The notes beneath the pieces were generated by a model, which was not told where the DNA came from, ran no database searches, and saw only the letters and a program-made list of their open reading frames with translations. Shown in pieces: positions 57,687-64,000 of a DNA stretch of 64,000 nucleotides (positions are counted from its first letter, which is position 1; every line of letters begins with the position of its first letter). Position numbers and translations under genes: made by a program. This DNA is from Vicinamibacterales bacterium (lineage in GTDB: Bacteria; Acidobacteriota; Vicinamibacteria; Vicinamibacterales; UBA2999), in contig CAXNKG010000008.1 in the NCBI GenBank assembly GCA_964202965.1, positions 17,968 to 81,967 on the forward strand. The letters run 5' to 3'.

Positions 57687-58147
57687 AGGGCCGTCTCACA
57701 GTGGGCAAGCTGCCTGGAACTGCGTTAGCCCTGTGGCTACTTGGCGTCCAGCTGTGTACGACGGCCGCTTGCGGCGGAACCGGGGCGGGGACAGGTTCGA
57801 CGCCGACCACGCCAAGCGCAACGGGCAGCCCGGCCGGGCGGTTTGTGACGGTGGGGTTCTGGCAAGACCCGGCGTGCACTGGAGAACCCAGCAACACGAC
57901 AGCCTTCCCCGTCGGCGACGGCGGCACGCAGTGCTTCGCATGGCCGGGACGGTCAGGCGAAAATTCCGCGAGCCGGTTCTCTTGCGGGGAGCAAAGCTTC
58001 AGTTACACACAGTGGACGACGCTGACCTGCAGCGGTGGACAAGTACCGGAGGGGACCCGCAAGACTGCTGGCACATCCACGTGCACACAAGGCGTGCCCC
58101 CGACCCAGTACGCCCGCATTCTGGACTTCAGCGGATGTGCGAGGTGA
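57683..58147 (+). CDS. Cys-rich putative lipoprotein
   Basis: GTGA overlap with MOSC stop; TAAC-GG lipobox-like; Thr/Pro linker; six further Cys. Confidence 0.6.
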   Translation: MKGRLTVGKLPGTALALWLLGVQLCTTAACGGTGAGTGSTPTTPSATGSPAGRFVTVGFWQDPACTGEPSNTTAFPVGDGGTQCFAWPGRSGENSASRFSCGEQSFSYTQWTTLTCSGGQVPEGTRKTAGTSTCTQGVPPTQYARILDFSGCAR

Positions 58148-58149
58148 CG

Positions 58150-59076
58150 TTACCCCACCATCTCCTCATCCCCGGGGAACCCGTGCTGCTTCCGGCCCGT
58201 GGGTCCTTCGTGTTTGGCCGTCGTCTTGTACAGCTCGTATCGCCCGTCCGTGGCGTGCTCGCGCATGCGCCTGCGGAGAGCCTCCATCCGCTTCTCTGAC
58301 ATCTGTGTGAAGCCCAGCGCCACTGTGAGGTTCTGGCGCAGGACCTTCATCGAGTCGATGCCGCTGACGGTTGTGGCCACCGGCAGGCTCATCGCGTAGC
58401 GGAGGGCGTCCTGCGGCGTGACGATCTTCTTCCTCAGTTGAATGGCGTCGCCGCCCAGGCTCTTCATGCCGACGGGAGCGATGCCGCGGCCGACGAGCGC
58501 CGGCAGGATCTCCCGCTCGAACGAGCGGAACGAGGCATCGAAGCAATTGAGCGGCAGCTGGCAGGCATCGAACCGGAAGTCGTGCTTCAGCATCGCCAGA
58601 TGAATGTCCGGATGCTTGTGGCCCGTGAAGCCGACAAACCGCACCTTGCCCTGCTTCCGCGCCAGTTCCAGCGCCTCGACGACTCCGCCGGCCGCGAAGT
58701 GGCGCTCGGGATCGTTGTCGTACACGCATTCATGGATCTGCCAGAGGTCCAGCGTGTCCGTGCGCAGCCGCCGCAGGGACTGCTCCAGCTGTTTCATCGC
58801 TTCACGCTTGCCGCGGCCGTGGGTGCAGACCTTCGTCATGAGGAACACTCGCTCGCGGCGGCCGGCAAGGGCCTTCCCCATGCGGGTTTCCGCGCGTCCC
58901 TCCTGGTACTCCCACGCGTTGTCCATGAACGTGATGCCGGCGTCGATGGCGGCATGGACGACCCTGATGGCCTCCCGCTCGCTCGTCATCCTGCCGATGT
59001 GATACCCACCCAGGCCGAGCGCCGATACCATGACGCCGGTGGACCCGAGCGGCCGCAGAGGAATGTCCGAATTCAT
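58150..59076 (-). CDS. Aldo/keto reductase
   Basis: LGLGG, DNAWEY, MTK, DLWQIH, GKVRFVGFTGH. Confidence 0.9.
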   Translation of the reverse strand: MNSDIPLRPLGSTGVMVSALGLGGYHIGRMTSEREAIRVVHAAIDAGITFMDNAWEYQEGRAETRMGKALAGRRERVFLMTKVCTHGRGKREAMKQLEQSLRRLRTDTLDLWQIHECVYDNDPERHFAAGGVVEALELARKQGKVRFVGFTGHKHPDIHLAMLKHDFRFDACQLPLNCFDASFRSFEREILPALVGRGIAPVGMKSLGGDAIQLRKKIVTPQDALRYAMSLPVATTVSGIDSMKVLRQNLTVALGFTQMSEKRMEALRRRMREHATDGRYELYKTTAKHEGPTGRKQHGFPGDEEMVG

Positions 59077-59131
59077 ATCTTGCTGATTATCGCGCGCGCA
59101 CGTACCATCGCTGTCCTACCAAGGAGGCGCG

Positions 59132-59608
59132 ATGCGCGGCAACGAGAAAGTCATAGCAGAGCTTAATGTGGCGCTCCGTGAGGAGCTCACGGCGATCAAT
59201 CAGTACTTCATCCACGCGGAGATGTGCCACCACTGGGGGTACCACAAGCTTGGGTCGTACATCCGGAAGCAGTCGATCGACGAGATGAAGCACGCGGAGT
59301 CGCTCATCGAGCGGATCCTGTTCCTCGACGGGACACCGAAGATGGAGTACCTCGACCTGAACATCGGCCAGTCGGTGAAGGATCAGATCGCGGCGGACCT
59401 GAAGCTCGAGGTCAACGCGGTCAAGATGTACAACAAGGCGATTCAAGTCTCACGCGACGCGCTGGACGATGCGTCACGTGAGCTCTTTGCGAAGCTCCTC
59501 AAGGACGAGGAGGAACACGTCAGCTGGCTCGAAGCGCAGACCCACCTGATCAAGGAGCTTGGCTACGAGACGTATCTGTCCAACCAGGCGGAAGGACAGA
59601 ACGAGTAG
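59132..59608 (+). CDS. bfr: Bacterioferritin
   Basis: ELTAINQYFIH, SIDEMKHA (heme Met), ERILFL, DEEEH. Confidence 0.95.
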   Translation: MRGNEKVIAELNVALREELTAINQYFIHAEMCHHWGYHKLGSYIRKQSIDEMKHAESLIERILFLDGTPKMEYLDLNIGQSVKDQIAADLKLEVNAVKMYNKAIQVSRDALDDASRELFAKLLKDEEEHVSWLEAQTHLIKELGYETYLSNQAEGQNE

Positions 59609-60052
59609 CTAGACGGCCTGCGCCTCGACGGTAATGGCCACGCTGCCGCGGAGCGCGTTGGAGATCGGGCAGCCCTTTTCGGCGCCGGTCGCCAGCTCGC
59701 TCAGCGTGGCCTTGTCGATCCCTTCAAGCCCTTCCACGACGGCTTTCAGGTGCGACGACACGACCTTGAGGCCGGCGTCGCTCTTGTCGCCGGTGATCGT
59801 CGCGGTGACGCGCACCTTGCTCGCCTTGCCGCCCTGCTTGGTGATGGTGTTCGTGAGCACCATCGCGTAGCAGACCGCGTGTGAGGCGGCCATCAGCTCT
59901 TCGGGCGTGGTCTTGCCGTCGCCCGCAGGGGCGATTCGGCTTGGAAATGTCACCGGGACGGAAAACGCGCCGGTGCCGGCCTTGGCCTGGCCGCTGCCGT
60001 CCATCAGATTGCCTGTCCAGTTCACATCTGCGTGCCGCGCGAAAGTTGCCAT
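59609..60052 (-). CDS. OsmC family peroxiredoxin
   Basis: W.G.L..GSG, TPEELMAASHAVCYAM, CPISNAL. Confidence 0.88.
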   Translation of the reverse strand: MATFARHADVNWTGNLMDGSGQAKAGTGAFSVPVTFPSRIAPAGDGKTTPEELMAASHAVCYAMVLTNTITKQGGKASKVRVTATITGDKSDAGLKVVSSHLKAVVEGLEGIDKATLSELATGAEKGCPISNALRGSVAITVEAQAV

Positions 60053-60074
60053 AGCGGATGAGTATTACACATCT

Positions 60075-60148
60075 CGTTCACGCTTCTGGGTTCTCACTTC
60101 TTGGTTCGTGTTCAAGTTCGAAGGTTCGGGGTGCAGGGTTCAGGGTTC
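60075..60148. repeat. Degenerate GGTTC-based short repeats overlapping the carboxylase stop
   Basis: gttcacgc...ggttcgtgttcaagttcgaaggttcggggtgcagggttcagggttc. Confidence 0.55.
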
Positions 60149-61891
60149 GTCCAGTTCGACCAGAGGGACACCAGGCTGGACGAGGTCACCTTTCTGGCAG
60201 TTGACCGCTTTTACACGACCGTCGCGAGGCGACCTGATTGGCAGCTCCATCTTCATCGCCTCGAGCGTGACGAGCAGGTCGCCGGCCGTCACCATGTCGC
60301 CCGCGTTGACCTCGACGCCGGCGACGGTGGCGGGCATGGGGGAGGAGAGGGCATCGCTGCCGCTGACTCCGGCGGGTCCGCGGCTCGATGGGTCCCCGCT
60401 CGCCGCGGGATCCGCCCTGCGTACGATTGGTGACCGGCCCGTCTGCGGCGGCTGCAGCAGGCGCCAGCCACGCAGGGTCGTCCACGGGTCGGCGTCGTCG
60501 GCCGGCGCGTCCGATGCTTCGGCAATCCGCGTCATCGACTCTGCGCGCTCGCGGTCGATGAAATGGGTGTCGATATCGCCGCTGACGAAGCGCGGATGCT
60601 CGAGCAGCGCAATCAGCAGTGGGATGTTCGTGCGGATGCCTTCGATCTCATAGCGCCGGAGCGCCGCAATCGCGCGCAGGCGTGCGGCCTCGCGCGAATC
60701 GCCCGTGGCAATCAGCTTCGCGATCATCGGGTCGTAGTGCACCGAGATCTCGCCGCCTTCGACGACGCCGCTGTCGATCCGGATGCCGGGCATGTCGGGT
60801 TCGCGGTAGCGCCGCAGCGGCCCGGCCTGCGGCAGGTCGTTCCGGTCGGGGTCCTCCGCGTAGATCCGCGCCTCGATGGCGTGTCCGCGCTGCGTCAGAC
60901 CGGCCTGCGTCCAGGGCAGCGGCTCACCGGCGGCGATGGCGATCTGCGCGCGCACGATGTCGACCCCGGTGGTCTGTTCCGTCACGGGGTGTTCCACCTG
61001 CAGGCGCGTGTTCATCTCGAGGAAGTAGAAGTGCGCCCCGTCGTCCGTGCCGTCGAGCAGGAACTCCACGGTGCCGGCGCTTTCATAGCCGGCTGCGCGC
61101 GCGAGCGCGACCGCCGCCTCGCCCATGCGCGCGCGCAGCCGCGGCGTCAGCGCCGTGGACGGCGATTCTTCGATGACCTTCTGGTGGCGGCGCTGCAGCG
61201 AGCACTCGCGCTCGAAAAGATGGACGACGTGCCCGTGGCGGTCGGCCAGAATCTGCATCTCGACATGGCGCGGGCGATCGATCAGCCGCTCGAGGTACAG
61301 CGTGCCGTCGCCAAACGCCGCCACCGCGACCCGCCGGGCCTGCGCGATGGCATCCATCAGCGAGGCGTCATCCCGCACCGCCGTCATCCCGATGCCGCCG
61401 CCGCCTTCGGACGGCTTGATGAGGATCGGATAGCCGATGCGGCGGGCGGCGTCCGCGATGGTCACGTCGGTCTGGTCGGCGGGCGTGGCGCCGGGCACGA
61501 CAGGAATGCCGGCATCCGCGGCAAGCCGGCGAGCCGATATCTTCGACCCGAGCCGCGCGATGACGTCCGCCGGCGGCCCCACGAACGCGATCCGTTCGCG
61601 CGCGCATGCCTCCGCAAACATGTGGTTCTCGGCCAGAAACCCGTACCCGGGGTGGATCGCCTGGCAGTCGGTCTCGCGCGCCGCCGCGAGGATTGCGCTG
61701 ATGGAGAGGTAGCTGTCGGTCGCAGGCGCCGGACCGATGCGAACCGCACGATCGGCGCGCGCGGTGTGGAGCGCGGTCGCGTCGGCATCCGAATACACCG
61801 CCACGGACTCAATGCCGAGCGCGCGGCACGCACGAATAATGCGGACGGCGATCTCGCCACGATTCGCGACGAGCAGCCGACGGAACGTCAC
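60140..61891 (-). CDS. Acyl-CoA carboxylase alpha subunit (biotin carboxylase + biotin carrier)
   Basis: [51 protein letters not shown]. Confidence 0.92.
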   Translation of the reverse strand: MTFRRLLVANRGEIAVRIIRACRALGIESVAVYSDADATALHTARADRAVRIGPAPATDSYLSISAILAAARETDCQAIHPGYGFLAENHMFAEACARERIAFVGPPADVIARLGSKISARRLAADAGIPVVPGATPADQTDVTIADAARRIGYPILIKPSEGGGGIGMTAVRDDASLMDAIAQARRVAVAAFGDGTLYLERLIDRPRHVEMQILADRHGHVVHLFERECSLQRRHQKVIEESPSTALTPRLRARMGEAAVALARAAGYESAGTVEFLLDGTDDGAHFYFLEMNTRLQVEHPVTEQTTGVDIVRAQIAIAAGEPLPWTQAGLTQRGHAIEARIYAEDPDRNDLPQAGPLRRYREPDMPGIRIDSGVVEGGEISVHYDPMIAKLIATGDSREAARLRAIAALRRYEIEGIRTNIPLLIALLEHPRFVSGDIDTHFIDRERAESMTRIAEASDAPADDADPWTTLRGWRLLQPPQTGRSPIVRRADPAASGDPSSRGPAGVSGSDALSSPMPATVAGVEVNAGDMVTAGDLLVTLEAMKMELPIRSPRDGRVKAVNCQKGDLVQPGVPLVELDEP

Positions 61892-63516
61892 ATCCGGAAG
61901 ACGCCGAATTTCGGAGGGGGAATCGGGGCGTTGAAGGCCATCGACAGGCCCAGCGCGAGCGCCTGGCGCGTCTCCGCCGGATCCAGGATCCCGTCGTCCC
62001 ACAGGCGCGCCGTCGAGTAGTACGGCGACCCCTCCGCCTCGTACTTCTCGAGAATCGGCTGCCGGATGGCCTGCTCGTCGGGTCCGCTGAGCGTGCCGCC
62101 GTCGCGCGCCAGTTGGTCCCGCTTCACGGTGGAGAGCACCGCCGCCGCCTGCTCGCCGCCCATCACGGAAATGCGCGAGTTCGGCCACATCCAGAGCAGC
62201 CGCGGCTCATACGCCCGCCCGCACATGCCGTAGTTGCCGGCGCCAAATGACCCGCCGATCACGACGGTGAACTTCGGCACGACCGAGTTGGCGACCGCGT
62301 GGACCATCTTGGCCCCGTCCTTCGCAATACCGCCACGCTCGTACTCACGGCCCACCATGAAGCCGGTGATGTTCTGGAGGAACACCAGCGGGATACCGCG
62401 CATGTTGCAGAGCTCGATGAAATGCGTCGCCTTGAGCGCCGACTCGGAAAACAGCACTCCGTTGTTGGCGACGATGCCGATCAGGAAACCGTGCAGCCGC
62501 GCGAAGCCGGTGACGAGCGTCGGGGCGTAGCGCTCCTTGAATTCGTCGAAGCGGGACCCATCGACGAGCCTCGCGATCACCTCGCGGACGTCATACGCCT
62601 TGCGCGCGTCGGACGGGACGATCCCGTAGAGCTCAGACGGGTCGTACGCCGGGTCTTCCGGTGTCGTCACGTCAACCGGCAGCACCTTGCGATCGTTCAA
62701 CGTCGACACGATGGTCCGCGCCAGCTGGAGCGCATGCCGGTCGTCGTTCGCCAGGTAGTCCGCGACGCCTGAGAGCCGCGTATGCACGTCGGCGCCGCCC
62801 AGTTCCTCTGCCGTGACGTCTTCGCCGGTGGCTGCCTTGACCAGCGGCGGACCGCCCAGAAAGATGGTGCCTGTGCCCTTGACGATGATCGTTTCGTCCG
62901 ACATTGCAGGCACGTACGCGCCGCCGGCGGTGCACGAGCCCATGACGACCGCGATCTGTGGAATCCGTTCGGCCGACATGCGCGCCTGGTTGTAGAAGAT
63001 GCGGCCGAAGTGATCCCGGTCCGGGAACACCTCGGCCTGCAGCGGCAGGAACGCGCCGCCGGAATCGACCAGGTAGAGACAGGGAAGCCGGTTCTCGAGC
63101 GCAACCTGCTGGGCCCGAAGGTGCTTCTTGACGGTCAGCGGGTAGTAGGTACCGCCCTTGACGGTCGCGTCGTTGGCGACGATCAGCACCTCGCGTCCGG
63201 AGACGCGGCCGACGCCCGTGACGAGGCCGGCACCAGGCGCCTCGTTCTCGTACATGTCCCAGGCGGCCAGCGGCGACAGTTCGAGGAACGGCGCGCCATC
63301 GTCGAGCAGCAGGTCGATGCGCTCGCGGACCGGGAGTTTCCCCTGCTGGCGATGCCGCTCCACGTACTTGGGCCCGCCACCCTGCTGACAGACCAGCACC
63401 CGGTCGCGCAGCTGCTTCACGAGACCGGCCATGCGGGCCCGGTTGTCGCGGAAGTCGGCTGAGTCGGTGCGGATCCGGCTGGCGAGGCGTTCCAGTGTCT
63501 GTCCAAGGGGCGCCAT
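61888..63516 (-). CDS. Methylcrotonyl-CoA carboxylase beta subunit
   Basis: [52 protein letters not shown]. Confidence 0.92.
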   Translation of the reverse strand: MAPLGQTLERLASRIRTDSADFRDNRARMAGLVKQLRDRVLVCQQGGGPKYVERHRQQGKLPVRERIDLLLDDGAPFLELSPLAAWDMYENEAPGAGLVTGVGRVSGREVLIVANDATVKGGTYYPLTVKKHLRAQQVALENRLPCLYLVDSGGAFLPLQAEVFPDRDHFGRIFYNQARMSAERIPQIAVVMGSCTAGGAYVPAMSDETIIVKGTGTIFLGGPPLVKAATGEDVTAEELGGADVHTRLSGVADYLANDDRHALQLARTIVSTLNDRKVLPVDVTTPEDPAYDPSELYGIVPSDARKAYDVREVIARLVDGSRFDEFKERYAPTLVTGFARLHGFLIGIVANNGVLFSESALKATHFIELCNMRGIPLVFLQNITGFMVGREYERGGIAKDGAKMVHAVANSVVPKFTVVIGGSFGAGNYGMCGRAYEPRLLWMWPNSRISVMGGEQAAAVLSTVKRDQLARDGGTLSGPDEQAIRQPILEKYEAEGSPYYSTARLWDDGILDPAETRQALALGLSMAFNAPIPPPKFGVFRM

Positions 63517-63656
63517 GCGCGGCATTATAGGCCGCGACGAAGAGCCTGACAGTGTGTCCGTCTGAGATGCACCGTGTAATGTTTCACGACGTGTCGGCTT
63601 GTTGTGCATGGATTGAAGACGCGCCGTGCTAGCCTGTCCACAGGGCAGGCAGGACC

Positions 63657-64000
63657 ATGGCGACATCTCAGAACAGGACCAAACGGCGCCGGCGCGTCCT
63701 CGCGATTGACGATGAGCCCGCGATGACTGAGTGGTTGCGGATGGTCATCGAAGCCGACGGCTATGACGTGCGAACCGCCCTCATCGCCACCCGAGGCGAG
63801 GAGATCTTCAAGCAGTGGCGCCCGGACGTCGTGGTGACCGACCTCATGCTGCCCGACCTCGACGGGATCGCGCTGCTGCGCCGCCTCAAGGAGATCGATC
63901 CGACCCCTGAAATCATCATCATCGGCGGGCAGGGGACGCTGGCCCGTGCGGCTGAAGCCGGGCAGGCCGGGGCGTTCTTCTTCCTCGAGAAGCCGGTGAC
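63657..64000 (+). CDS. Response regulator receiver domain (partial; runs off the window edge)
   Basis: Hand translation [23 protein letters not shown]...[12 protein letters not shown]...FFFLEKPV. Confidence 0.8.
   Translation, partial: MATSQNRTKRRRRVLAIDDEPAMTEWLRMVIEADGYDVRTALIATRGEEIFKQWRPDVVVTDLMLPDLDGIALLRRLKEIDPTPEIIIIGGQGTLARAAEAGQAGAFFFLEKPV

Noticed and set aside
1-64000. tRNA, rRNA, IS transposase or prophage genes
   Set aside because: None recognised by eye; intergenic gaps are short and largely accounted for.

Overview
High-GC bacterial DNA whose gene style suggests Acidobacteriota/Vicinamibacteria (inference): three Oar-type TonB-dependent receptors, DUF6152/DUF5916 proteins, many secreted enzymes, and short-unit intergenic repeat hairpins. 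1-27.7 kb holds aromatic/acyl-CoA catabolic genes, secreted hydrolases, a MazF-type toxin-antitoxin pair and two receptors. The most striking structure is a ~19 kb block (27758-46580) that reads as a self-contained sigma-54 regulon. It has four -24/-12 promoters in two divergent pairs, each pair flanking a tandem TGTG-N9-CACA enhancer with the same 23-bp spacing. The four units are: three unusual, mostly exported Rid-family proteins; a TonB receptor plus amidohydrolase; an accessory protein/sensor kinase/NtrC-type activator operon; and a seven-gene envelope operon (DUF6152 module, metal-ligand-degenerate MBL fold, frameshifted DUF5916). Further right are a tandem YjbQ-like protein, a ~2200-aa TamB-Omp85 fusion, a higBA integron cassette with a canonical attC and no integrase in the window, bacterioferritin, OsmC and a methylcrotonyl-CoA-type carboxylase. 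No rRNA, tRNA or CRISPR array was seen. Family assignments come from motif recognition by eye, not database searches.
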